This document shows, one piece after another, positions 1 through 8,297 of a stretch of DNA of 57,125 bases. The notes beneath the pieces were generated by a model that saw nothing but the letters and a program-made list of their open reading frames with translations, ran no database searches and was not told the origin of the DNA. The translations under genes were made by a program, and so were the position numbers. The DNA comes from Candidatus Nezhaarchaeales archaeon (GTDB lineage: Archaea > Thermoproteota > Methanomethylicia > Nezhaarchaeales > WYZ-LMO8). The DNA lies in assembly GCA_036786905.1 (NCBI GenBank), contig DAIQQE010000001.1, forward strand, positions 11,110 to 68,234, in the 5' to 3' direction. The first letter of the stretch is position 1. Each line of letters begins with the position of its first letter.

Positions 1-162
1 CTCCTCCCACCGCCGCCAGTTCTCCTCCCACCTCTTGTTGTTCTCCTCCCAGCGTTTGTTGAGCTCCTCCCACCTCTTGTTGTTCTCCTCCCATCGCCTA
101 TTGTTCTCCTCCCATCGCCTTTCCTGCTCCTCCCACCTCAGCCGATTTTCCTCCCACCTCTT
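1..162. repeat. Tandem 21-bp coding repeat (heptad W-E-E-N-N-K-R on the minus strand), about 7-8 copies, continuing past the window edge
   Basis: Trp codons recur every 7 codons in the minus-strand translation (RWEENRL, RWEEQER, RWEENNR, RWEENNK, RWEELNK, RWEENNK, RWEENWR). On the plus strand the unit is visible as ctcctcccacctcttgttgtt variants. Confidence 0.75.
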
Positions 163-330
163 CTCCTCCAGCTCAATGAACTTGTTGAAGTCCTCTCTGA
201 GCTTCTTGAGCTCGAGCAGTATCGCGTCCAGCCCGAGGAGCCCGGTGACGGCTAGCCTGAACTCCTCGTCCTCCCTTAACAGGTCGATGATCCTCTTCTT
301 CAGCTCTACGACGTCTAGGCCCACCGTCAC
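1..330 (-). CDS. W/E heptad-repeat coiled-coil protein. Only the N-terminal 110 codons are present because the gene runs off the left window edge. Paralog of 38250..39071.
   Basis: Not in the supplied ORF track because it is open to the window edge. My reverse-complement translation from GTG at 330 reads VTVGLDVVELKKRIIDLLREDEEFRLAVTGLLGLDAILLELKKLREDFNKFIELEEKRWEENRLRWEEQERRWEENNRRWEENNKRWEELNKRWEENNKRWEENWRRWEE, with no stop through position 1. The N-terminus aligns by eye with the 38250 protein (KILRALEEDREFRYAVAGLIGVKEILERL). A TATA-like box lies about 30-36 nt upstream. Confidence 0.6.
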   Translation of the reverse strand, partial: MTVGLDVVELKKRIIDLLREDEEFRLAVTGLLGLDAILLELKKLREDFNKFIELEEKRWEENRLRWEEQERRWEENNRRWEENNKRWEELNKRWEENNKRWEENWRRWEE

Positions 331-359
331 TACCCAGCCTTCATATTGCGGGGCTCGAG

Positions 360-366
360 TTTATAA
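360..366 (-). promoter_or_regulatory. TATA-like box (TTATAAA on the minus strand) for the 1..330 gene
   Basis: The plus strand reads gtttataacc at 359..368. The box centre lies about 33 nt upstream of GTG 330, which fits a very short or absent leader. Confidence 0.4.
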
Positions 367-429
367 CCTTCTCCATAGCCCCTCGCGCTTTGGGCCCGTC
401 CCCGGACCTATCGCAACCCTCTCCCACCC

Positions 430-1590
430 TCACTTCTTCTTCGTCTTCTCCCTCCTCTTGGCCCTCTCCTCTGCGACGACTTCCTCGCTCGCCACGACCC
501 CTACTCCCATCAACTTCTTGAAAGCGGAGTCGAGGAACTTTATGTAGAGTCCCTTCTGGCCTACGAAGGCCCCGAACTCCTCCCTTACCTTAACTCGGAG
601 GTTGGGGCCGGCGAAGTCCGCATCGGCCACGTGCTTGTGGATCCACGGCACCGGGTGTATAGCCCTTACGAGCTCCACGAAGTTTAGTGTGAGCTCCACG
701 GCCCTGAGCCTAAGCTGGGTCTCCTCCTCGATCTTGCCTATCCTCTCCCCGCCCTTGCCTATCAGCCTGGCTAGGTACCCCTCCTTGACCATTACGAGGG
801 CGTCGGGCACGTGTTCGGCGGTTATGTCGAAGGCCCTCTTGTCGTCCATCAAGTCCAGGACCGTCACCACGTCGGCGTCGGGCGCGTATATCTTGGCGGC
901 CTCCACGACGCCCCTCTCGATGCTGCTCAGGGGCCTCCTCCTCATCTTCATCTCCAACAATAGCCTTATACCCCTCTTGGCGCCTGGCCTGACTATGTCC
1001 TTGAGGCCCAGGTCCACGACCTTCGCTTTCTCCTCGCCGAGCAGGACCTCCCTGAGCATGACGACTCCGCTGGAGTCGGCTCCAAGCACGCTTTGCAGTA
1101 TCGGATCCCCGGCGATGATGAACTTGCTGGAGCGGCCTATCCTCATGAAGGCCTCTATGGCGCTCTCGGGCATTACCGCTTGCGCGTCGTCGACGAATAT
1201 CACCGTCTCGTCGAAGGTCCTGCCCCTCAAGTAGTGGGCGTCGGCGAAGAGTATCTTGCCCTCCCTGACCAGCTTCTCCACCTCTTGCCAATCCACGAGG
1301 CCGGTTAAGATGTCCTTGAGGTACGCCGAGGCCAAGTCGTAGTAGAGCCCCCCTGCCTCGACCGACGTTACCTCTTTACCAGTGACGACGTCGACGACCG
1401 GCCTCGCTATTATGAACCTCTTGTACTTCCCCTCGACCACGCTATCGATGCCGTAGGCCACGCTGAGGAGGCTCTTGCCAGTGCCGGTGGGGCCGAAGAC
1501 GCCCACCACTTCGTAGGACTCGCTCCTAAGGGCTTGGAGCAGCTCCTCCTGTCCGGGGCTCATGGGCTTGATCTTCTCGAGGAGCGCCAT
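430..1590 (-). CDS. PhoH-like ATPase with a C-terminal KH RNA-binding domain
   Basis: Walker A is FGPTGTGKSLL and there is a PhoH-like VIFVDDAQ box. The C-terminal KH GXXG motif reads YLARLIGKGGERIGKIEEE. The ORF is 386 aa with an ATG start. Confidence 0.8.
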   Translation of the reverse strand: MALLEKIKPMSPGQEELLQALRSESYEVVGVFGPTGTGKSLLSVAYGIDSVVEGKYKRFIIARPVVDVVTGKEVTSVEAGGLYYDLASAYLKDILTGLVDWQEVEKLVREGKILFADAHYLRGRTFDETVIFVDDAQAVMPESAIEAFMRIGRSSKFIIAGDPILQSVLGADSSGVVMLREVLLGEEKAKVVDLGLKDIVRPGAKRGIRLLLEMKMRRRPLSSIERGVVEAAKIYAPDADVVTVLDLMDDKRAFDITAEHVPDALVMVKEGYLARLIGKGGERIGKIEEETQLRLRAVELTLNFVELVRAIHPVPWIHKHVADADFAGPNLRVKVREEFGAFVGQKGLYIKFLDSAFKKLMGVGVVASEEVVAEERAKRREKTKKK

Positions 1591-1625
1591 GGAGGGCCCT
1601 CTCGCTATTAGTTGAAGAGCTCCAC

Positions 1626-1635
1626 TTAAATTTAT
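1626..1635 (-). promoter_or_regulatory. TATA-like box (ATAAATTTAA on the minus strand) upstream of the PhoH-like gene
   Basis: The plus strand reads ttaaatttat, about 36-45 nt upstream of ATG 1590, inside an A/T-rich divergent intergenic region. Confidence 0.35.
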
Positions 1636-1706
1636 GTCCTTGCCATCGATACTAGGTCGATGAAGTAAAGCTTAGAAGCTCATGCGGACTATTTAAGGTT
1701 AGGGCC

Positions 1707-2348
1707 ATGCCCAAAATAACGATAGAAGTCTCGGAAGAGGCCTATAAGAGGCTCAAAGATAAGGCCCTTTCGAGGGGCCTTACGGTGGACCACTACTTGG
1801 CCTCGATGGTCGAGGAAATGGTCGGTAGAGAGGGCGCCGAGGGGAGAGCGGCCAAGAGGGCCAAGGAGGTGCCTAAAGGCGGCATCCCGGACGACTTCTA
1901 CCAGGCGTTCAGGAGGTGGTGGAGGGTCAGGGACGAAGTCCCCTTCGAAGACTTCGTGAGGCAGGCCGTGGACAAGGGCTTCGACGTCGGAGACGTCTAC
2001 GCTTGGTCCTACAGGCTGTGGGACAAGTTCGAGGAGAGGGAGAGGGAGGGGGCGGCCAAGCTGGCCGAGATGGTCAGGAGCTCCAAGGTCTTGTTGGTGA
2101 GCGAGCTCAAGCCGAGGTATCCCAAGGCCCTGATAAGGATGGCGAGGGCGAGCGGCGCTAGGGTCCTAGAGGGGCTCAAGGACGCAGCCTTGGTCGACGA
2201 GGAGTTCTATAGGGGCTTCGTCGAGAGGCTCAAGAGATTGCCGAGAGAGCCGAGCGGGCTGAGCGAGAGCGAGGAGAAGCTGTTTAAGTTCATGAGGGAG
2301 AACGGGCTCGTGTACCTCGACGTCGACGGGCGTTGGAAGCTGTGCTAG
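1707..2348 (+). CDS. Hypothetical protein with a ribbon-helix-helix-like N-terminus
   Basis: A 213-aa ORF. The N-terminus MPKITIEVSEEAYKRLKDKALSRGLTVDHYLASMVEEM has the beta-strand/helix/helix pattern of the CopG/Arc family. I do not recognise the rest. Confidence 0.5.
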   Translation: MPKITIEVSEEAYKRLKDKALSRGLTVDHYLASMVEEMVGREGAEGRAAKRAKEVPKGGIPDDFYQAFRRWWRVRDEVPFEDFVRQAVDKGFDVGDVYAWSYRLWDKFEEREREGAAKLAEMVRSSKVLLVSELKPRYPKALIRMARASGARVLEGLKDAALVDEEFYRGFVERLKRLPREPSGLSESEEKLFKFMRENGLVYLDVDGRWKLC

Positions 2349-2407
2349 CAGTCCGCGACCTCGATTAGGCCTTACTAAGCTTTAATAAGTCCTCGCTTCA
2401 AGTCTTC

Positions 2408-3778
2408 TTGTGGAAGATGGTTAAGAAGTTCAGGAAGTTCGTCAAGATAGTCAAGGCAAACGCCCCTTGGCTAGAGCACGTGATCGAGAGCTTCGAGGAC
2501 GCCTGCGACTTAAACCAAGTAGACCTAGTCGTCAGGGCCCCCTCGGGTAGTATGTGCGTTTACTGCAAGGGCTCGAAGATGCTATGCGGCAAGGCCCAGT
2601 GCCCCATATTAGTTAAGGCGTACAGCATAGCCAAGGTCAGCTCGATGCTGGCCTCCCAAGACCTCGTCGGGTCCTCGCCCCCCGCCGTGTTCGTCGGGCG
2701 CTATGGATATCCATACGTCTACGCCGGCCCCCTCGTGCCGCCGTTCACCGGGGACACGAGCATCCTCGACGCCCCAGAGCTCTGGCTGAAGGCGTCGATC
2801 CAAGACATAGTCGACTTCAGGGTGAAGCTCGTGAGGGGGAAGGCGAGGTTCCACGTGCGCGACGCCAACGACGCCCCCAGGCTACTGAGCGACGTCCAGT
2901 TGATGTCCATGGGCGAGAGGCCGGTCGACTCCGAGATGAGGTTATTGAAGAGGCCTAGCGCGAGCATACTGCTCGACGACGAGGTCCAGCCCATGGGCCC
3001 CTCGGCCCCCATAAGGGAGCTCAGGGTGGGCGACGTCAAGGCCCACAAGCTGATCGAAAGGGCTTCCAGCGACACCGACCTCAAGGCCAAGGACGCCGTA
3101 CTGGAGCTCTACAAGAAGGGCGTGCCGGTGTCGCAGATCCAGCGGGTGTTCAGCGTCGGCCTCTTGGGGGTCAAGGGGATGAGGAAGCTCGTGCCCACGA
3201 GGTGGAGCATAACGGCCGTCGACAGCACGATATCCAGGACCTTGAGGGACGAGGAGGTCAAGAGGATGCCCGAGCTCGACGAGTACAGGGTCTATTACTT
3301 CAACTTCATGGACAACAGGTTCGTGGTAGTGATGTTCCCCGGGAAGTGGAGCTACGAGTCGATAGAGGCTTGGTTCCCCGGGACCACTTGGAACCCGGAG
3401 GGAGGGTCCGTGGCCTTCTGCGGCGACTGGGAGGGGTACTGGGGGAGGACCGCCTACGCCAGCATGGGGGGATGCTACTACGCCGCGAGGCTCGCGGTGG
3501 CCGAGCACTTGGCCAAGATAGGCAAGCAGGCCTCGGTCCTAGTACTCAGGGAGGCCCACCCCGGTTACATAATGCCGGTGGGCGTCTGGATCGTGAGGGA
3601 GTGCGTCAGGGCGGCTCTGAGCCGAGGCTATGAGAGGTTCGACAGCTTGAAGGAGGCCCTCGACGCCGCCTTCGGCAAGCTGTCCATAGGCCCGAGGGTC
3701 TGGATGCAGGTGAGCAGGCTCTTGAGGGACCAGGTCAAGCAGGAGAGGCTAACGAAGTTCATTCAGAAGAGGGCTTGA
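2408..3778 (+). CDS. Nre-family DNA repair protein (DUF650/DUF651-type) with a C-terminal PIP box
   Basis: It carries the characteristic Cys cluster CVYCKGSKMLCGKAQCP near the N-terminus and is about 450 aa. The C-terminal QERLTKFI fits the PCNA-interaction consensus Qxx(L/I/M)xx(F/Y)(F/Y/L/I). The ORF begins at TTG 2408, and ATG 2417 is an alternative start. Confidence 0.7.
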   Translation: MWKMVKKFRKFVKIVKANAPWLEHVIESFEDACDLNQVDLVVRAPSGSMCVYCKGSKMLCGKAQCPILVKAYSIAKVSSMLASQDLVGSSPPAVFVGRYGYPYVYAGPLVPPFTGDTSILDAPELWLKASIQDIVDFRVKLVRGKARFHVRDANDAPRLLSDVQLMSMGERPVDSEMRLLKRPSASILLDDEVQPMGPSAPIRELRVGDVKAHKLIERASSDTDLKAKDAVLELYKKGVPVSQIQRVFSVGLLGVKGMRKLVPTRWSITAVDSTISRTLRDEEVKRMPELDEYRVYYFNFMDNRFVVVMFPGKWSYESIEAWFPGTTWNPEGGSVAFCGDWEGYWGRTAYASMGGCYYAARLAVAEHLAKIGKQASVLVLREAHPGYIMPVGVWIVRECVRAALSRGYERFDSLKEALDAAFGKLSIGPRVWMQVSRLLRDQVKQERLTKFIQKRA

Positions 3779-3881
3779 TGCGCTCATTACGCCGAGTCGT
3801 GCGAGGAGAGGCCCTATCGCCCATCGATCAGCAGTAACTGACTTTAAGGCGAGCCCCGAAGCAATTCTCCTGTGAGGTGCC

Positions 3882-4304
3882 GTGTCCTACAGGGTCTCCG
3901 TGACCAACATCGAGAGGTGCATTGGTTGCTACAGCTGCATGTTCGCTTGCTCTAGGCTGAGGTTCAGGGTGGTGAGCCTAGCGAAGAGCGCGATTCAAGT
4001 CAAGTCGGCGGGCGGCATAGAGAGGGGGTTCGTCGTAGTGGTTTGCAGAGCTTGCGTAGATCCCCCTTGCGCTAAGAGCTGCCCGACGGGGGCCTTAGTT
4101 CCTCGCCCCGGCGGGGGAGTCATCTTCGACGAGTCCAAGTGCGTTGGCTGCAAGGGCTGCCACGAGGCCTGCATAGTCGGAGCTGTCGTGTGGGACGAGG
4201 AGAGGGGCCTGCCGATAATATGCAACTACTGCGGCTTTTGCACGAAGTTCTGTCCCCACAACGTGATAGCGTTTGAGTCCGTAGGGAGGGAGCTCTTGGT
4301 ATGA
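3882..4304 (+). CDS. 4Fe-4S dicluster ferredoxin-type subunit, AOR-associated
   Basis: Cys motifs are CIGCYSCMFAC, CRACVDPPCAKSCP, CVGCKGCHEAC and CNYCGFCTKFCP. It has a GTG start and its stop overlaps the AOR start by 4 bp. Confidence 0.8.
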   Translation: MSYRVSVTNIERCIGCYSCMFACSRLRFRVVSLAKSAIQVKSAGGIERGFVVVVCRACVDPPCAKSCPTGALVPRPGGGVIFDESKCVGCKGCHEACIVGAVVWDEERGLPIICNYCGFCTKFCPHNVIAFESVGRELLV

Positions 4305-6073
4305 CGGACCCGAGCCTCTACAACGTCCTCTACATAGACTTGACTGAGGGGACTTACGAGGTACAAGAGAGGAGGGACCTCTTCGAGAAGTACTTAGGCG
4401 GGACTGGAGTGGCGATAAGGCTACTTGAGGAGGAGTGCCCCAAGGGGGCAGACCCCTTCTCGCCTGAGAACCCGATAATATTTGCCGTGGGGCCTCTGAC
4501 AGGCCTCTACCCGCTGGCCTCCAAGACCGTGGCAATGTTCAAGTCCCCCCTCACCGGCAACTTGGGCGAGAGCCACGCCGGCGGCAGGTCAGCCGTGGCC
4601 ATAAGGCTCGCAGGCTACGGGGCCATAGTGATCAAGGGGGCCTCCAAGAGGCCCGTCTACGTGTCGATATTCAATGACCAGGTCAGGATAAAGGACGCCA
4701 CTACCCTTTGGGGGATGAGGTCGAGCTACGCTGTCGGCAGGGTGCTCAGGGAGGTCGAGCCCGGGGCCGGCAAGAGGACCATAATGAGGATAGGGGTGGC
4801 AGGGGAGAACCTGGTAAGGTACGCCAACGTCGTCGTCGAGAGCTACAGGCACTTCGGGAGGCTCGGCCTCGGAGCGGTCTTCGGTAGCAAGAGGCTCAAG
4901 GCCCTGGCGATCGCCGGCACGAGGAGAGTCGAGGTCGACGACTTCAAAGCCTACGCAAAGGTCTACGAGGAGATATACAAAGAGGCCGTCAGAACCGAGG
5001 TCATGAGCAAGTACCACGTCTTGGGGACCGCCGAGAACGTCCTCCCCTTGAACGCCATGGGCGCCCTCCCCACGAGGAACCTCACGCAGACTAAGTTCGA
5101 GCTGGCTGAGAACATATCCGGAGAGCTTCTGGCGGAGAAGTTCCTCGTGAGGAAGATGGCCTGCACCCACTGCCCGATAGGGTGCATACACCTAGCCTCG
5201 CTCAGGATAGCCTTCGCCCCGGGGCACGAGTACGAGACCCTCATAATACCCTACGACTACGAGCCGATATACGCCCTAGGATCGATGCTCGGGATAGGGT
5301 CAGCCGAGGGGGTGCTGAGGCTCATAGAGAAGGTGGATGGGCTTGGGCTAGACGCCATAAGCACCGGGGTCGTGATGGCTTGGGCCACCGAGGCCTATCA
5401 GCGAGGGCTAATAACCGATAAAGAGACGATGGGCCTTAGGCCCAACTGGGGCGAGGACGTCGACGTCTACATAAAGATGGCCGAGAGGATAGCTAGGAGG
5501 GCGAACGAGTTCTACAGCGCCCTGGCCGACGGGGTCGAGGTCGCGGCGTCGAAGTACGGAGGCCTCGACTTCGCGCTGACGTGTGGAGGCAACGAAGTCC
5601 CCGGCTACCACACCGGGCCAGCAGCTCTGGTCGGATTCCTGACGGGGTCAAGGCACTCCCACCTCGACAGCGCTGGATACAGCATAGATCAAAGGGCCCT
5701 CAGAGCCCCTATGACTGATGAGGAGATGGTGAGGCAACTCGTCGAGGAGGAGAGGTTCCGAAACGTCTTGACGAGCTTAGTGGTCTGTCTCTTCGCCCGA
5801 GGCATCTACAAACTCGAAGTGGTCTCCAAGGCCCTCGAGCCGCTGGGGATCGTGCTGAGCTCAGAGGAGCTCTTGAAGATGGGGTCGGAGGTCTTGAGGG
5901 CGAAGGCCTCTTTTAAGGCCAGGGAGGGCTACAGCCCCCACAAGCTGAGGATAGCCAAGAGGTTCATAGAGACACCGACACCCCTTGGCAAGCTCACCGA
6001 GGAGAGGATAAGGAACATGATCAAGATGTACGTGGAGAGGGCCGGCCTGAGCGACGTCTACGGCCCCCCTTAG
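4301..6073 (+). CDS. aor: Aldehyde:ferredoxin oxidoreductase family tungstopterin enzyme
   Basis: 590 aa. The AOR-type N-terminus reads LYIDLTEGTYEVQERRDLFEKYLGGTGVAIRLL. The cluster-ligand motif is ACTHCPIGC. I cannot assign the subfamily (AOR/FOR/WOR). Confidence 0.85.
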   Translation: MTDPSLYNVLYIDLTEGTYEVQERRDLFEKYLGGTGVAIRLLEEECPKGADPFSPENPIIFAVGPLTGLYPLASKTVAMFKSPLTGNLGESHAGGRSAVAIRLAGYGAIVIKGASKRPVYVSIFNDQVRIKDATTLWGMRSSYAVGRVLREVEPGAGKRTIMRIGVAGENLVRYANVVVESYRHFGRLGLGAVFGSKRLKALAIAGTRRVEVDDFKAYAKVYEEIYKEAVRTEVMSKYHVLGTAENVLPLNAMGALPTRNLTQTKFELAENISGELLAEKFLVRKMACTHCPIGCIHLASLRIAFAPGHEYETLIIPYDYEPIYALGSMLGIGSAEGVLRLIEKVDGLGLDAISTGVVMAWATEAYQRGLITDKETMGLRPNWGEDVDVYIKMAERIARRANEFYSALADGVEVAASKYGGLDFALTCGGNEVPGYHTGPAALVGFLTGSRHSHLDSAGYSIDQRALRAPMTDEEMVRQLVEEERFRNVLTSLVVCLFARGIYKLEVVSKALEPLGIVLSSEELLKMGSEVLRAKASFKAREGYSPHKLRIAKRFIETPTPLGKLTEERIRNMIKMYVERAGLSDVYGPP

Positions 6074-6094
6074 ACTGAGGGCGCCCCTTCTCGT

Positions 6095-7126
6095 TCAGAG
6101 GCCGGCCCTCTCCATCACGGCTCGAAGTTCGTCGGCCGCCCTCTCAGGCGGTATCGCGTTTATGTACATGCCCGAGGTCAGCTCGAAGCCTCCCCACACA
6201 GCAACCCTTGGGTGTATCTCAAGGTGCCAGTGGTAGCTCTCGCCTTTCCACCGAACCGGGGCCACATGGAAGCCGAAGTTGTACGGGGGGTCGTTCGCGA
6301 CCTTCTTCAAGGCGAAGAGGATGGCCTTGAGCGCCCTCGCTAGGGCCCTCCTCTCCTTAGGGTGGGTGTTTATGAAGCTGGGCTCGTGTCGCCTAGGGAT
6401 TATCCACACCTCGTAGGGGGAGAGGCTGGCCCAAGGCGCCACGGCTACGTAGTGCTCATCAGCATATACCAGCCTAGGAGAGCCGACCTCGACCTCTATC
6501 AAGTCGCAGTACACGCACCCCCCTCGCTCCCTGTTGTACCTCCTCGCAGCGTCCATCTCCCTCCTCACGGCTGAGGGCACGATCGGCAGGGCCACCACTT
6601 GGCTGTGCGGATGGGGGATCGAGGTCCCGGCCTCCGGCTTGTAGTTCCTGAACAGGCACACGTACTTCACGCCCTTCTCGTAAGAAAGCTTGGTCATCAC
6701 GTCAAAATAGGCCTCTACGACCAGCTCGAGGCTCTTCACGCTACTGTCGTGCGGGTGGGCGTCGTGGATCGGTGATTCGACTATGACGCAGTGGAAGCCG
6801 AAGCCGCTGTAGGAAGTGGTCGCGAAGAAAGGGGACTCGCCCAACCTCTCCTCAAAGGGCAAGTCGCTCCTGAGGGCCGGGAACATGTTGGGGAAGCACC
6901 TGATGATCCAGTTGCTGACCCTCTCGCCCTCCTTGTCTGCGAGCTTGACCAGATCTCTGCCAGCTCGAGAGTAGACGAGCCAGGCCGGAGGGGTCATGTG
7001 CTCGTTCCCCGGGCAGAAGGGGCACTGCTTTTGGGGGCCTCCTCCCTTCGGCCTCTTAGCCCTATGGGGGGCTACTATCACCCAGCGATCGGCGATCGCG
7101 TCGCGCCTTATCTCGGGCTCGCTCAA
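6095..7126 (-). CDS. galT: Galactose-1-phosphate uridylyltransferase (HIT superfamily)
   Basis: The N-terminal Zn motif is CPFCPGNEH and the active-site motif is HPHSQV. 343 aa. Confidence 0.8.
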   Translation of the reverse strand: MSEPEIRRDAIADRWVIVAPHRAKRPKGGGPQKQCPFCPGNEHMTPPAWLVYSRAGRDLVKLADKEGERVSNWIIRCFPNMFPALRSDLPFEERLGESPFFATTSYSGFGFHCVIVESPIHDAHPHDSSVKSLELVVEAYFDVMTKLSYEKGVKYVCLFRNYKPEAGTSIPHPHSQVVALPIVPSAVRREMDAARRYNRERGGCVYCDLIEVEVGSPRLVYADEHYVAVAPWASLSPYEVWIIPRRHEPSFINTHPKERRALARALKAILFALKKVANDPPYNFGFHVAPVRWKGESYHWHLEIHPRVAVWGGFELTSGMYINAIPPERAADELRAVMERAGL

Positions 7127-7386
7127 GACCTACTTCATCCTCCTCTTCCACGAGCAGGTCGACGCGACCAATCTTGAAGAGCTCCTCTGCCTTGGCCTTG
7201 ATGTCTGGCAGTAACAGCTCCTCTTCCTCATGGCGCCCGAGCACCTTCAGCTTTATCTTCACGACCCTCAAGCTCGTCGAGATAATTTGGGCGCCTTACC
7301 CTTAAATGCTTTAGATGGCCGATCATCATCGCGTACTCAATTTAAAGGGCCTCGGCCTCAATAGTACCCGGTGGTCGAAGTTGTTG

Positions 7387-7875
7387 ATGGGCTTGATATC
7401 TGACACGCACGACAACTTACAGGCCATAGCGGAGGCGGTGAGGGTCTTCAACTCCAAGAGGGTCGGCCTCGTCCTGCACGCCGGCGACTACGTCGCCCCC
7501 TTCACCTACAGCGCCTATAAGGGGCTGGAGTGCAGGCTCGTGGGCGTCTACGGCAACGTCGACGGCGACAGAGGGCTCCTGCGCGAGAGGTTTTCGAGCA
7601 TTGGTTTCAAGGTTGAGAGCGACTTCGAGGAGCTGGAGGTAGATGGGGCCAAGATAGCGCTAATCCACGGGGTGCACCCCCCAATAGTCGAGGCGCTGGC
7701 CCTCAGCGGGAAGTACCACGTAGTGGTCCACGGCCACACTCACCTCAAGAGGGCCGAGAAAGTGGGAGGCGCTTTGGTGGTCAACCCCGGCGAGGCCTGC
7801 GGCTACGTTTACGGGGTCAGGTCTGTGGCCTTGCTCGATACAGCAACGCTTAAAGTCGAGTTCATAGAGTTTTGA
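7387..7875 (+). CDS. MJ0936/YfcE-family metallophosphoesterase
   Basis: Motifs are MGLISDTHDN, HAGDY and GHTH. The ORF is open from 7315, but the family normally starts right at the (I/L)SDTH motif, so ATG 7387 is preferred. Confidence 0.8.
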   Translation: MGLISDTHDNLQAIAEAVRVFNSKRVGLVLHAGDYVAPFTYSAYKGLECRLVGVYGNVDGDRGLLRERFSSIGFKVESDFEELEVDGAKIALIHGVHPPIVEALALSGKYHVVVHGHTHLKRAEKVGGALVVNPGEACGYVYGVRSVALLDTATLKVEFIEF

Positions 7876-7892
7876 GCTACGGGGCTTGAATT

Positions 7893-8279
7893 ATGGGCGA
7901 GGACTTGTGGCTACAGATGAAGAAGCTTGAGCTCCGGCGCAAGCTACTCGCAGAGACGGCCAAGAGGGCCGAGAGGGCCGAGGAGGGCGCAAAGCCCAAG
8001 GACCCCTACGAGGTCATAAAGCCCTTGTTGGAGGAGAGGGCGGACGAGGTCCTCGAGGCGGCTAAGGCGCAGTTCCCGAGGGTTGCCGAAGCCGTCGTCG
8101 CTGAGCTGGCGAAGCTGGTGGAGGCCGGCTTGATAAAGAGTATAACGGGCCCTTGGTTGATGTCGCTGTTCACGAGGCTGGGGTACAGGCCCAAGCTGGA
8201 GACTAAGATATCGATAGTCTCAGACGGCAAGATAATGGACTTGAAGGAGAGGCTTTCTAAGGTCCTTCGAGAAGAGTGA
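7893..8279 (+). CDS. PDCD5-like double-stranded DNA-binding protein
   Basis: 128 aa, helical and charged. The N-terminal LQMKKLELRRKLLAETAKRAE and overall length match the archaeal PDCD5/MTH1615-type family. This is recognition by eye only. Confidence 0.6.
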   Translation: MGEDLWLQMKKLELRRKLLAETAKRAERAEEGAKPKDPYEVIKPLLEERADEVLEAAKAQFPRVAEAVVAELAKLVEAGLIKSITGPWLMSLFTRLGYRPKLETKISIVSDGKIMDLKERLSKVLREE

Positions 8280-8297
8280 TCGCCTCGTTCGAGAGCT

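Noticed and set aside
35-547. 170-aa plus-strand ORF (MLFSSQRLLSSSHLLLFSS...).
   Set aside because: It is the antisense reading of the WEENNKR heptad repeats and of the PhoH-like gene's 3' end. Its composition is low-complexity S/L/F. It overlaps two better-supported minus-strand genes and spans their promoter region.
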